A DNA stretch of 64,000 nt from an uncultured Draconibacterium sp. (GTDB lineage: Bacteria > Bacteroidota > Bacteroidia > Bacteroidales > Prolixibacteraceae), in the NCBI GenBank assembly GCA_963677155.1, contig OY781884.1:2060134-2124133 (forward strand), in the 5' to 3' direction. The notes under the pieces are model-generated. The model was not told where the DNA came from and made no database searches. It was given only the letters and a program-made list of their open reading frames with translations. Shown here piece by piece: positions 17,132 to 27,195 of the stretch (its first letter is position 1; each line of letters starts with the position of its first letter). Position numbers and translations under genes: made by a program.

Positions 17132-18634
17132 ATGAAAAAGTTACTATTCCTTCTTATTGCGTGCCTTCTCGTTTCATTCGTGGTTCAAGCGCAACCAAAA
17201 TACGAGTTTCGAGCCGTTTGGGTAGCTACGGTTGTTAACATCGACTGGCCTTCGAAACCGGGGCTAAGTACCGACGCCCAAAAACGTGAAATCATCGATA
17301 TTTTAAATTTACATAAAAGTTTGGGCATGAATGCCATCATTTTGCAGGTGCGCCCCGCTGCCGATGCTTTTTATCAATCGGATCTGGAGCCATGGTCGCG
17401 TTACCTTACCGGTGTTCAGGGGCAGGCACCGCTACCTTTTTATGATCCGCTAAAATTCTGGATCGAAGAATGCCACAAACGCGGCATGGAACTGCATGCA
17501 TGGCTTAATCCCTACCGAGTAGCACAAAATCTTAACGATCCACTTTCAATCAATCACATTGCATTTCGTCATCCTGAGTGGATTATAAAATACGGCAACC
17601 GATTGTACTTCGATCCGGGACTGCCACAAGCCAGAGAATTTGTTACTAACGTGGTGCAAGACATTGTTAAACGTTATGATGTTGACGCTATTCATTTCGA
17701 CGACTATTTTTATCCTTATCCGTTAAAAGAAGAATTTCCTGATACAACATCGTTCAAGTTCTACAACCGTGGATTTACTGCTGAAAACAAAGCCGACTGG
17801 CGCCGCGAGAATGTAGATATAACCATTAAAATGCTGAACGACTCGATAAAAGCCACCAAACCCTGGGTTAAATTTGGGATCAGTCCGTTTGGTGTGTGGC
17901 GAAATAAAACCGACGACCCGTTGGGCTCTGATACAAAAGCCGGAACGACAAATTACGACCAATTATATGCCAACATTATAAAGTGGCAAAAAGAAGGCTG
18001 GATAGATTACACACTACCGCAACTGTACTGGCAAATCGGGCACCCCACTGTTGATTTTCAGCTACTGGCAAATTGGTGGAAAAATCATGCTTACGGACGT
18101 ACCATGTACATTGGACAGGCTCCTTATAAAGTTAGCAGTACTTCGCAAACCAAAGAGTGGACAGAGCCTGACCAGCTTACTAAACAAATACGCATACTGC
18201 GCTCAATTCCCGAAATTCAAGGCTCATCATTTTACAGCAGTAAATGGTTTAATGGCGATTTACTGGGTTTACAAGACAGTTTAAAACTGGACTTCTACAA
18301 GTTTCCGGCTATCGTTCCGCCAATGCCCTGGCTCGATAATCAGGCACCACAACCACTTGTTAAAATTAAAAAACGGGGCAGAAAGTTTAAATGGACAGCC
18401 CTTGAAACGCAAAACGAAATGGACAAAGCCTGGAGTTTTGTGCTTTACCTGAATGAAAAAGGAGAAAAATTTGATGCGGATAATTGTAAATATATTTACG
18501 ATATCACAAAAAATCAGGAAATAAAATTAGACCGGATAAATCACAAAAAGAAAAAATACGAACTGCGCATCTCGGTACTCGACCGCTTAAGTAACGAGAG
18601 TCGTTTATCAGCCCCCATAAAAGTCAAGCTCTAA
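17132..18634 (+). CDS. Glycosyl hydrolase-like 10 (YddW/DUF187-type) protein
   Basis: EFRAVWVATVVNIDWPS, AWLNPYR, IHFDDYFYPY, FGISPFG, PQLYW. Confidence 0.92.
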   Translation: MKKLLFLLIACLLVSFVVQAQPKYEFRAVWVATVVNIDWPSKPGLSTDAQKREIIDILNLHKSLGMNAIILQVRPAADAFYQSDLEPWSRYLTGVQGQAPLPFYDPLKFWIEECHKRGMELHAWLNPYRVAQNLNDPLSINHIAFRHPEWIIKYGNRLYFDPGLPQAREFVTNVVQDIVKRYDVDAIHFDDYFYPYPLKEEFPDTTSFKFYNRGFTAENKADWRRENVDITIKMLNDSIKATKPWVKFGISPFGVWRNKTDDPLGSDTKAGTTNYDQLYANIIKWQKEGWIDYTLPQLYWQIGHPTVDFQLLANWWKNHAYGRTMYIGQAPYKVSSTSQTKEWTEPDQLTKQIRILRSIPEIQGSSFYSSKWFNGDLLGLQDSLKLDFYKFPAIVPPMPWLDNQAPQPLVKIKKRGRKFKWTALETQNEMDKAWSFVLYLNEKGEKFDADNCKYIYDITKNQEIKLDRINHKKKKYELRISVLDRLSNESRLSAPIKVKL

Positions 18635-18639
18635 AACAA

Positions 18640-18845
18640 AGTTCGGGATGAATAAATTCTTCGATTGCTTCCGGAGAATCACTAACAGTTTCTCTCCCTG
18701 GCAATCATCTAGCTGTACGCGCTTTTATCAGACTATCGACGGCAGATTGTATCATAGCCTTTTCTACACATACCTATCTCCTCGTTGCCATAATACCGTA
18801 CTTGTTTAAATGCTGCTCTACCTTGGTTTTTATATCGTAACACAT
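18640..18845 (-). pseudogene. Possible remnant of an SOS response-associated peptidase (SRAP/YedK family)
   Basis: Begins ATG TGT TAC GAT (MCYDIKTKVEQ), like the N-terminal-Cys start of SRAP proteins. It stops after 23 codons, then a C-terminus-like SDSPEAIEEFIHPEL follows; most of the gene would be deleted. Confidence 0.35.
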
Positions 18846-19384
18846 AATTTTGAAATAATATTGAGTTCAAAAAAGTTCTTTTTTAACTATAAAAAACTCC
18901 CCCAAACCATCTTATCATTAACCTTTAAATAATCGAAAAAGGAACTACTCAATACTTCATATTAAGTTAAACAAAAAAGGCTTTAAATAACCTTTTGTTA
19001 ATTTCATTCTCTTCGTTTTTGAACCTACCAGACGATATGAACATTTTAGCAATTTAAATATTTTATGATAAATAAAGATTAAAAACATTCTCTTAAACCT
19101 GTTTTTTTCCACTTTTTTGTTGAAATATTTGGAAATTAATAAACAACACCATACATTGGCAGCTACAAACCCTTATTTTTTATCTTTTTGTTTTTATTAT
19201 GGGCAGCTTTTTTTGGACGAAGAGCTGCCCATTCGTGCCCTTTTGCGAGGTAGCAGGACTGAAAATGAATTAAATACTACTTGTTGAAAGTAGATAACTA
19301 TACCATTTTATCACTATAAAAGTTTGGGAAGACTTCTATAGTTACCGGGCATTCATTAGGAATGATAAAAAATTAGAGTTTTTG

Positions 19385-19415
19385 AAAGGCGGGGATTCAC
19401 CTGCCTTTTCTTTTT
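19385..19415. terminator. Terminator hairpin, U-tail on the + strand
   Basis: AAAGGCGGG-GATTC-ACCTGCCTTT followed by TCTTTTT. Confidence 0.65.
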
Positions 19416-19423
19416 CCAGAAAG

Positions 19424-20446
19424 TTATTTCATATCTGCCTGCAGAAAACTGGCCGTTTTTTTGATCGACTCCGCAATTGGTAGATATTCGTGAGTAATCA
19501 TTCGGAAGATTTTTGATCCATCAAAATTATTAACAGCATTGCGACCCGTTGCAGCTTCGCGGGTAATTAACGATGGTTTTCGTGTAAACCAGCTGGCAAA
19601 AGTAGCTGCCCGCCAAACAAAACCCATTAAAAAATCGCTTGCCCAAATCGTTGGTTTTGGCTTTTGCAATGTTTCAGCAATTTGCGCAAATACCTGCTGA
19701 TAGCTCAAATTCTCCGCACTTAAAATATAGCGTTGATTTTTGCAACTTTCAAAATTCTCCGCATCCATTAGTTTTATCATGGGCCGTACAACATCAAAAA
19801 CATCAACAAACCCGGTAACGCCTTTGGTATAAAATTTCATCCCATCCCAAATGGTTTTGAAGATTTTTGCACTTCCATTCTCCCAGTTGGCCGGGCCAAA
19901 AATAATCGACGGATTTACGATAATGGCATCCAAACCTTCTTCTATTCCGCGCCATATTTCAGTTTCAGAATAAAATTTACTTTCCGAATAAGCCGAATTC
20001 TTCTTCGATGGTACCCAGTTGGTTTCTTCTGTAACCGGATCACCATTTTGCATTTTTCCCAGTGCAGCAATGGAGCTTACATGGCAAATCTTTTTTACAC
20101 CATTCTCGATGGCCGCATTAACAAGATTGGCTGTTCCCTCCACATTATTTGAAATCATACGTTGCCGTTCCTTACTTTCAAACGAAACGATAGCCGCACA
20201 ATGGTAAATCTCCGTTACGCCTTTCAGTAACTTTTCAAGTGAAAAATAATCCAGAATATCGCCATCAACCCATTCAATGGTTTCGAACAGTTGCTGAGCG
20301 TCATCGGTGTAGTAAGCAAAAGTTTTTCTAACCTGCTCCAAATTACTAGTCTTACGTTTTAAAGCCTTTACTTTTTTACCCGCTTTACAAAGCTCATACA
20401 ACAAATGAGCTCCAACCAACCCAGTACCTCCTGTTACAAAAATCAT
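19424..20446 (-). CDS. NAD-dependent epimerase/dehydratase (extended SDR)
   Basis: VTGGTGLVG, HCAAIVSF, YSESK (YxxxK), IVNPSIIFG. Confidence 0.92.
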   Translation of the reverse strand: MIFVTGGTGLVGAHLLYELCKAGKKVKALKRKTSNLEQVRKTFAYYTDDAQQLFETIEWVDGDILDYFSLEKLLKGVTEIYHCAAIVSFESKERQRMISNNVEGTANLVNAAIENGVKKICHVSSIAALGKMQNGDPVTEETNWVPSKKNSAYSESKFYSETEIWRGIEEGLDAIIVNPSIIFGPANWENGSAKIFKTIWDGMKFYTKGVTGFVDVFDVVRPMIKLMDAENFESCKNQRYILSAENLSYQQVFAQIAETLQKPKPTIWASDFLMGFVWRAATFASWFTRKPSLITREAATGRNAVNNFDGSKIFRMITHEYLPIAESIKKTASFLQADMK

Positions 20447-20455
20447 TGATCTGGT

Positions 20456-20938
20456 TTATGATTTCCAAGGTGTTGGAGCTTTTGCGCCAAACTCTTTCCC
20501 TGTAATATTTTCAATATGCACTTTAAAAACTCCGACATTTTTTACCGCCGGCGTTCCGAACTTAAATTCCTTGTCACTGTATTGCTTCATTATCAATCCA
20601 AGGCAACGGTATTTTTCATCAAAATCGTCGATAAACTCCACTTTGCCTTCCACATTTACTGTCTTCGATTTTACCCGATAACTACAGCCAACACGCACAT
20701 CCTGCCAGGCCAGTTCTTCGCCCAGAGTCCAGTTTATGCATACCTGCGGATTGGTTTTTATGGTTTCCCACATGCGCCCTTCCATTGCCGAATGAAGAAT
20801 AATAGTGTCGCCCTCCAATGCAAAATTCAGCGGTAAAACATACGGTTTATCATCCACCGACATAGCAAAATAACAGGTCTTGCATGCACGGATTACTTTG
20901 TCGATTTCGTTACGGTCTTCGATAAAATTTGTTCGCAT
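20456..20938 (-). CDS. Pyridoxamine 5'-phosphate oxidase family (NimA-like) flavin-binding protein
   Basis: PYVLPLNF, LHSAMEGR, SYRVKSKTV. Confidence 0.85.
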   Translation of the reverse strand: MRTNFIEDRNEIDKVIRACKTCYFAMSVDDKPYVLPLNFALEGDTIILHSAMEGRMWETIKTNPQVCINWTLGEELAWQDVRVGCSYRVKSKTVNVEGKVEFIDDFDEKYRCLGLIMKQYSDKEFKFGTPAVKNVGVFKVHIENITGKEFGAKAPTPWKS

Positions 20939-20942
20939 ATGG

Positions 20943-22898
20943 TCAATTTATAGTTCGGCTTCCGAGGCTTTTAGCTAACTCTTTTTCAGCCCGTTTCAGG
21001 TTCATATATGTCGACTGTTCTTCAATCACTTTATCAAAATCGTTGTCTGCCGATGCTTTATCAATAGCCTTTTCAATATCGGCCATCATCAGCTTAATTT
21101 TCCGCAGTTTGTATTCATTCACAATCCTGGGAATTAGAACATCAAGAATATCCTCCTCTTTTTCGGTAAAAGCACCGGCTTTGGTCCAACGTTTACTTTC
21201 AGTATATTTTTCGGAAAGCAGATCGGTGGCAAATGTGCTCATCGAAGCATCGGGATGATAAACAAAGTGCTTCCACGGATCGAAGTTTTCTTTATATAAA
21301 TTCTCCCGCACTTCGTAAAACACCTTTTTAAACAGTTCGTTTTCCGACACCAACTCATCGGCCTCCAGTTCATCAATCATAAACTCTCCAACCAACAAAG
21401 TGCGGGTTTCGTGCGTTTCCTCATCCTCCTCTTCAAACAAATCGGTTGAACAATATTTAAGCAAAAAACGCAAAAACTCCAGTTCTTCTACGAAAAGTTT
21501 TACAGGCCGAACAACCGACTCTTCCTGCGCAGGTTGCGGAGGTGCAGCCTGCCGACGACTTTGCTCGCGAAATTCCCTTTTCCTGAATTCTTCGGTTTGT
21601 TGATGTTTTTGTTTCCGTACCTCGGTATACAACACTTCCTCGGCAACACCAAGCAAACGGCTACATTCTTTTATATACACCGAGCGGGTAATGGAATCAG
21701 GAATTACGGATACCGACCGGATAACATCAGAAATCAGGCGCGCTTTGGCAACCGGATCATTCTCGGTACTTTTTAAAAGCAGTCGGGTTTTAAATTGAAT
21801 GAAGTCAGTCTCGTTTTGCTCCATATATTCCTGAAAACCGGAAGCCCCCATTTTTTTAGCAAACGAATCAGGGTCCTCGCCATCAGGCAATGGAAGTACT
21901 TTTACATTCATGCCTTCTTCCAAAACCATATCAATTCCACGCAACGAAGCTTTTATTCCCGCTGCATCGCCATCGTAAATAATGGTGATATTGGGCGTAA
22001 AACGGCGTACCATCCTGATTTGATCAGGTGTTAGCGAAGTTCCCGACGAAGCTACAACGTTCTCGATGCCCACCTGGTGTAACGACATTACATCGGTATA
22101 TCCTTCAACAAGGTAACATTTATCGGTACGGGTCATCTCACGTTTGGCCTGATAAATTCCATACAGCACCCGGCTTTTGTGGTAAATATCAGACTCCGGC
22201 GAATTAAGGTATTTGGCCGTTTTTTTATCGTTTGTTAGAATACGACCACCAAAAGCAATTACGCGCCCGGCCAGATTATGAATTGGAAACATTACACGCC
22301 CGGCAAAACGGTCGCGCAACCACTCATCGCGTTTTATGGTTAATCCGGTTTTCTCCAGAAAATCGAGCTTATAACCTTGTCTTTGTGCCGCTTCGGTGAA
22401 TGGTGTTTTGCCATCAGGAGCAAAACCAACTTCGAATTTTTTCAGAATATCATCGCGAAAACTACGCTCGCGAAAGTAGCCCAGTCCAATAGTTCTGCCT
22501 TCGTTTTCTTCCCACAAATAGCGGGTAAAAAATTTCTGAGCAAAGCCGGAAACTATCATCAAACTTTCGCGCGAATCTTTTAGCTGTTTTTGCTCTTCAG
22601 TCTCCTCTTCCTCCTGAACCTCGATATTGTATTTTTTTGCCAGCCATTTCAGCGCCTCGGGATAAGTAAGATTCTCGTGCTCCATAATAAAGTTCACCGA
22701 GTTTCCTCCCTTTCCGCATCCAAAACATTTAAAAATTCCCTTGGCCGGCGACACGGTAAACGATGGTGTTTTCTCGTTGTGAAACGGGCACAAACCAAGC
22801 ATGTTTACGCCTCGTTTTCGGAGTGTAACAAAATCGCCTACTACGTCTGAAATTTCTGCAGCATCAATAATCCGGTCTATCGTCGCATGATCAATCAT
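20943..22898 (-). CDS. dnaG: DNA primase
   Basis: Zn finger CPFHNEKTPSF...CFGC; KYLNSPES; TOPRIM VEGYTDV and YDGDAAG. Confidence 0.98.
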   Translation of the reverse strand: MIDHATIDRIIDAAEISDVVGDFVTLRKRGVNMLGLCPFHNEKTPSFTVSPAKGIFKCFGCGKGGNSVNFIMEHENLTYPEALKWLAKKYNIEVQEEEETEEQKQLKDSRESLMIVSGFAQKFFTRYLWEENEGRTIGLGYFRERSFRDDILKKFEVGFAPDGKTPFTEAAQRQGYKLDFLEKTGLTIKRDEWLRDRFAGRVMFPIHNLAGRVIAFGGRILTNDKKTAKYLNSPESDIYHKSRVLYGIYQAKREMTRTDKCYLVEGYTDVMSLHQVGIENVVASSGTSLTPDQIRMVRRFTPNITIIYDGDAAGIKASLRGIDMVLEEGMNVKVLPLPDGEDPDSFAKKMGASGFQEYMEQNETDFIQFKTRLLLKSTENDPVAKARLISDVIRSVSVIPDSITRSVYIKECSRLLGVAEEVLYTEVRKQKHQQTEEFRKREFREQSRRQAAPPQPAQEESVVRPVKLFVEELEFLRFLLKYCSTDLFEEEDEETHETRTLLVGEFMIDELEADELVSENELFKKVFYEVRENLYKENFDPWKHFVYHPDASMSTFATDLLSEKYTESKRWTKAGAFTEKEEDILDVLIPRIVNEYKLRKIKLMMADIEKAIDKASADNDFDKVIEEQSTYMNLKRAEKELAKSLGSRTIN

Positions 22899-23052
22899 CA
22901 GTACAAAAATATCAGAAATAGCATGAAACTAACACCTTTTAAGCCGAATAATATCCACAATTAAAAGCCGCTTCAAATAAGCACCAGATTATCAGCCCCG
23001 ATTTGAATGCGATTATTATTAATTGTACATTTATATGCCTTAGCATATTGTA

Positions 23053-23742
23053 ATGATGAAGAAACTAGTAGTTCTTTCGGGAGCCGGTATGAGCCAGGAA
23101 AGTGGCCTAAAAACATTTCGCGACATGGGTGGAATTTGGGAGCAATATGATGTTACCGAAGTTGCCACTCCCGAAGCGTGGGCGCGCAATCCGGAGCTGG
23201 TTTTGCGTTTTTATAACGAACGGCGAAAACAACTTTTTGATGCACAGCCCAACGGCGGACATCGCGGAATTGCCGAGCTGGGAAAATGGTTTGATGTGCA
23301 GGTAGTAAGCCAAAATGTAGACAATTTGCACGAACGAGGCGGAAGCACAAAGGTTACGCATTTACATGGCGAACTAATGAAAGCCCGAAGCACCATTGAT
23401 TCGCATTTGATATATGAACTCGACAACTGGGAGCTTAAACTGGGCGATTGTTGTGAAAAAGAAAGCCAGTTACGCCCTCATATTGTTTGGTTTGGCGAAG
23501 CAGTTCCTGAAATACCGAATGCAATTGACATTGTACAGCAGGCCGATATTCTGGTGATAATTGGCACTTCGTTGGCAGTTTATCCGGCTGCAAGCCTGGT
23601 AAATTATGCGCGAAAAGGAACGCCGATTTTTGTTATCGACCCTAACCGACCGGAAGTTTACCACGAAAATGTTACATATATCGAAAAAAAAGCTGAAATT
23701 GGGGTAGAGCTATTAAAAAAGGAACTGGAAAAACTAAAATAA
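23053..23742 (+). CDS. cobB: Sir2-family NAD-dependent deacylase
   Basis: SGAGMSQESG, SQNVDNLHE, HLHG, RPHIVWFGE, GTSLAVYPA. Confidence 0.93.
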   Translation: MMKKLVVLSGAGMSQESGLKTFRDMGGIWEQYDVTEVATPEAWARNPELVLRFYNERRKQLFDAQPNGGHRGIAELGKWFDVQVVSQNVDNLHERGGSTKVTHLHGELMKARSTIDSHLIYELDNWELKLGDCCEKESQLRPHIVWFGEAVPEIPNAIDIVQQADILVIIGTSLAVYPAASLVNYARKGTPIFVIDPNRPEVYHENVTYIEKKAEIGVELLKKELEKLK

Positions 23743-24354
23743 ATGAAGCCGATAGTAATTGCATTTGGATTTCTTTTAGCTGCAAATTTTGTTGTTGCCC
23801 AGCGTTTTGACGCCGGAATAATTGCAGGCTTTAACGGGACACAGGTTGAAGGCGATGCTTTTAAAGGCTATAACAAGGCAGGTATCTTAGCCGGAATATT
23901 TGTACAAACCGATATCGCACCTACCATTGTTGCCGGCATGGAAATTAAATATTCGCAAAAAGGTTCGCGAAGAAAATACGATCCCAAAAAACCGGAAATA
24001 GAGAAATACGTTATGCGCCTGGGGTATATCGACATTCCGCTGTTTATGGCATTTCGAACCAATGAACGCAGTATGATTATTGGCGGTATTGCCCCTGGAA
24101 TCCTTATCCACTCGAAAGAAATTGGTGCTTACGGCGAATTTCCGCCCGAAGATCAGCACCCGTTTAAAAACTTCGACCTGCAACCGTTTATTGGCTTTCA
24201 GTTCGATTTTTTAGAACATGCTTCGGTAGATTTGCGTTATGCACTTTCAGTAGTTCCGATTCGCGAGAAACCCGGTGGAACCAATTATTACTGGCTCAAC
24301 AATCAATTTAACAACGCAATTTCGCTGGCTTTATATTACCGACTAAGACGCTAA
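23743..24354 (+). CDS. Outer-membrane beta-barrel (porin family) protein
   Basis: Signal peptide, alternating beta-strand pattern, YIDIPL motif, terminal aromatic strand; abuts cobB. Confidence 0.8.
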   Translation: MKPIVIAFGFLLAANFVVAQRFDAGIIAGFNGTQVEGDAFKGYNKAGILAGIFVQTDIAPTIVAGMEIKYSQKGSRRKYDPKKPEIEKYVMRLGYIDIPLFMAFRTNERSMIIGGIAPGILIHSKEIGAYGEFPPEDQHPFKNFDLQPFIGFQFDFLEHASVDLRYALSVVPIREKPGGTNYYWLNNQFNNAISLALYYRLRR

Positions 24355-24541
24355 TAGCCCCTCCTGTAAAGGCACTGAGACGCAAAATTATTATTCTTTG
24401 AAAGTTAGCACTGAGATAGTGAGATTGAATGAGATTTAAAAATGGCTGAATTACCAAAACTATTTTGAGCCACCTACTCATTCACCAATATCCTACTTCC
24501 CAACAATTTTTCCACTGAATACTTAATCGCCTATCCTGTAT

Positions 24542-24967
24542 CTAGCTATTCACCATCCACTTCGAAAAATCATCAAGGTAGGTCCAAAACGATTTTAACA
24601 CTTCGTCGGGCAAATCCAGTTTACCTAAAACCTGCTTGTAACAATTTAACCACTCAATGCGCGCTTCAGCAGTAATTTTAAACGGTAAGTGTCTTCTGTT
24701 TAATTGTGGTTTCCCACGGTTTTGGTTAAAATAATCAGGGCCTCCGCATATCTGAATAAAAAAATCAGCCGAGTGTTCTTTCGCCTTTTCAAGTGCGATC
24801 GGATTTTTAGGAAAAAGATCTTTGATCGGACTCTGCACAACCAGATCGTAGTGATCGCTCACCATTTTTCGCATTCCCTCCTCTTTCAGAATTTCCAACA
24901 TTAAGGGCGAAGGAAGTGTTATGCCCGGCCGAACTCCCTTGAAATATTTACTGATCTCTAATTCCAT
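24542..24967 (-). CDS. Truncated (2/2) hemoglobin, group II-like
   Basis: HYDLV, FFIQICGGPDYF, RRHLPFKIT (proximal His), W at G8. Start moved to the MELEIS ATG at 24967. Confidence 0.85.
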   Translation of the reverse strand: MELEISKYFKGVRPGITLPSPLMLEILKEEGMRKMVSDHYDLVVQSPIKDLFPKNPIALEKAKEHSADFFIQICGGPDYFNQNRGKPQLNRRHLPFKITAEARIEWLNCYKQVLGKLDLPDEVLKSFWTYLDDFSKWMVNS

Positions 24968-25012
24968 CTTTGCTTTTTGTGTTGAAACAACCAAAAGCAA
25001 AAGTTGTTGAGC

Positions 25013-25816
25013 TTACTTTCCAAAAACCCAACCAATTCGCAATCCACTAGTAAGGGCTATCGGAAAATCATCAGGTGCTACGAGAAATCCGTAAGGCAAC
25101 GAATCATAATCGTCGGCGCCAACACCATAACCTATGCCACAAAATACATCTACCAGAAAGGCATCATCAAAAACCCATTGTTTTCCGAATTTGAGCATTA
25201 TGGCTAAGGTTACCTGGCTATCTCTGTCAGTATTTGAAGTTGAGTGATAATAATCGTAACGATAACTATCGTACGACATGTAGCGCAAAGCAATTTCAGG
25301 AGCAATATAACCGCCCTTTAAAATATGTGAGTAGTGCATTTTATGCATATAAGAATCTGGATTTCGCATAAATTTATAAGCAAATTTCCCATAAACACCA
25401 CGCGGATCAATATCATCAATGTCATTTCCAAAGCCAACAATCCCGAGAGCCGTTTCCCACGACCGTCCAGGCCTTATACTCTTTTCGTAAACAAACTCGG
25501 TGGTACCAAATAGTGGTGACAGAAAATTGACTTTTAAAGCATTCTTCGACTGATCGGTGTAATACGCAGGATCATCAAAGGTGTTATTCTGAATTTCAAC
25601 AACTTCTCCGGTTCCAAACTCAACACGGGCTACCAATGCATTATCAATCCCAAAAATAAGTTTGTCGTTTCCTTCGTAATAATATTTTACTTCTTCGGCT
25701 CCCAGTTCCGTAACTTTACAATTAATAACATCACCTGATTTTTTAATAATTTTATCCTGCGCAAAAGCAGAAAAGGACACAATTATGACCAAACATAGTG
25801 TAGCTAAGGTTCTCAT
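25013..25816 (-). CDS. Hypothetical outer-membrane beta-barrel protein with N-terminal periplasmic domain
   Basis: Signal peptide, QDKIIKKSGDVINCKV start, barrel strands, terminal GWVFGK. Start moved to the MRTLATL ATG. Confidence 0.75.
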   Translation of the reverse strand: MRTLATLCLVIIVSFSAFAQDKIIKKSGDVINCKVTELGAEEVKYYYEGNDKLIFGIDNALVARVEFGTGEVVEIQNNTFDDPAYYTDQSKNALKVNFLSPLFGTTEFVYEKSIRPGRSWETALGIVGFGNDIDDIDPRGVYGKFAYKFMRNPDSYMHKMHYSHILKGGYIAPEIALRYMSYDSYRYDYYHSTSNTDRDSQVTLAIMLKFGKQWVFDDAFLVDVFCGIGYGVGADDYDSLPYGFLVAPDDFPIALTSGLRIGWVFGK

Positions 25817-26040
25817 GACTTTTGTTTTTTTATATGCTAAATTATCAAATATGGTGCCGAAATATATAAAACACATAGCTTACAAACTAATTATTTATGT
25901 TAAAATTATGTCGGCCATAATTGGCTAAAACTCTACATTAGAGACTTTACTGCTGATTATTTCCGCATTTCTTAAAACAATCAACTCCTTTGATTTGTCT
26001 TTAGAGTGACTGGTTAGTTTAACCAAAACCTTTTACTACG

Positions 26041-26550
26041 ATGAGAAAAAAATACATGAATCCGTACCTGGCGGGGGTGCTGCTTGGCCTGGTACTTTTA
26101 AGCGCCATGTTTTTTTCGGGGCGCGGACTGGGAGCCAGTGGCGGATTAAAATACGCTGTTGTAGCGGCTGTTGAGACGGTTGACCACCAGCACGCCATGA
26201 AATCGCCGTACTACAGTAAATATTTCGAAGACGGTAAAAATCCCTTAAAAAGTTGGCTGGCATTTGAGGTGCTCGGCATGTTTTTAGGAGGATTGATTTC
26301 TGGAGCTATCTCGGGTCGCTTAAAATTCAAAATTGAGAAGTCTCCAAAAATATCAAATGGGAAACGATTGCTGTTTGCTTTTCTTGGCGGTGTGTTTTTT
26401 GTTTACGGAGCACAACTCGCTCGTGGATGTACCAGCGGCGCAGCACTCTCCGGAATGGCAGTACTTTCGGTAGCCGGATTTATGACCATGATCGGGATTT
26501 TTGGCTCTGCCTTCTTATTTGCATGGTTTTTCAGAAAACTCTGGATTTAA
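26041..26550 (+). CDS. YeeE/YedE family sulfur-transport membrane protein (half 1)
   Basis: MNPYLAGVLLG, GLGASG, GAQLARGCTSG with the conserved Cys. Confidence 0.9.
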   Translation: MRKKYMNPYLAGVLLGLVLLSAMFFSGRGLGASGGLKYAVVAAVETVDHQHAMKSPYYSKYFEDGKNPLKSWLAFEVLGMFLGGLISGAISGRLKFKIEKSPKISNGKRLLFAFLGGVFFVYGAQLARGCTSGAALSGMAVLSVAGFMTMIGIFGSAFLFAWFFRKLWI

Positions 26551-26586
26551 AACTCAATCCTTCAACAACTCAGAAATTCAAAAATT

Positions 26587-27189
26587 ATGGGACCGATTAC
26601 AATACTTAACGACCTTCCGGAATGGCTTAACCTCTGCATCGGTTTCTTTATCGGGATTGGCTTTGGCTTTGCGCTGGAGCAGGCTGGATTTTCATCGAGC
26701 CGTAAACTGGCTGGCATGTTTTACGGTTACGACACTACTGTTTTGAAAGTGTTTTTTACCGCCGCAATAGTAGCGCTGGCAGGCTCGCAATTGCTCAGCT
26801 ATTTTGGCCTGCTCGATTTAAATATGGTGTATGTAAATCCATATTACGTAACCGCAACACTTGTTGGCGGAGTAATTATGGGAGCCGGATTTATTATGGG
26901 CGGTTTTTGTCCGGGAACGGGAATCAGCGCTTTATCGATCGGGAAAATCGATGCACTCTTTTTTCTGGTTGGCGGCTTAAGTGGTGCATTTATTTTTGCA
27001 GAAACCTACCCGATGATACAGACATTGGCCGGTGCGAATTACAAAGGCCCGATTCGCGTTGATGAATGGTTGGGAGTATCTCCCGGAGTTTTTACTTTTC
27101 TGTTGATCGTGGCTGCGGTTGTCCTATTCTGGTTAGCCGAACTGGCCGAAAAGAAATATGCACGAAATGATATCACCTCAGAAATTTAA
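26587..27189 (+). CDS. YeeE/YedE family sulfur-transport membrane protein (half 2)
   Basis: GFGFALEQAGF, GGVIMGAGF, GGFCPGT with the conserved Cys. Confidence 0.9.
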   Translation: MGPITILNDLPEWLNLCIGFFIGIGFGFALEQAGFSSSRKLAGMFYGYDTTVLKVFFTAAIVALAGSQLLSYFGLLDLNMVYVNPYYVTATLVGGVIMGAGFIMGGFCPGTGISALSIGKIDALFFLVGGLSGAFIFAETYPMIQTLAGANYKGPIRVDEWLGVSPGVFTFLLIVAAVVLFWLAELAEKKYARNDITSEI

Positions 27190-27195
27190 TCAACG

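Noticed and set aside
23053-23742. Sir2-domain anti-phage defence gene
   Set aside because: It is a standard single-domain CobB-type deacylase with no fused or adjacent defence partner.
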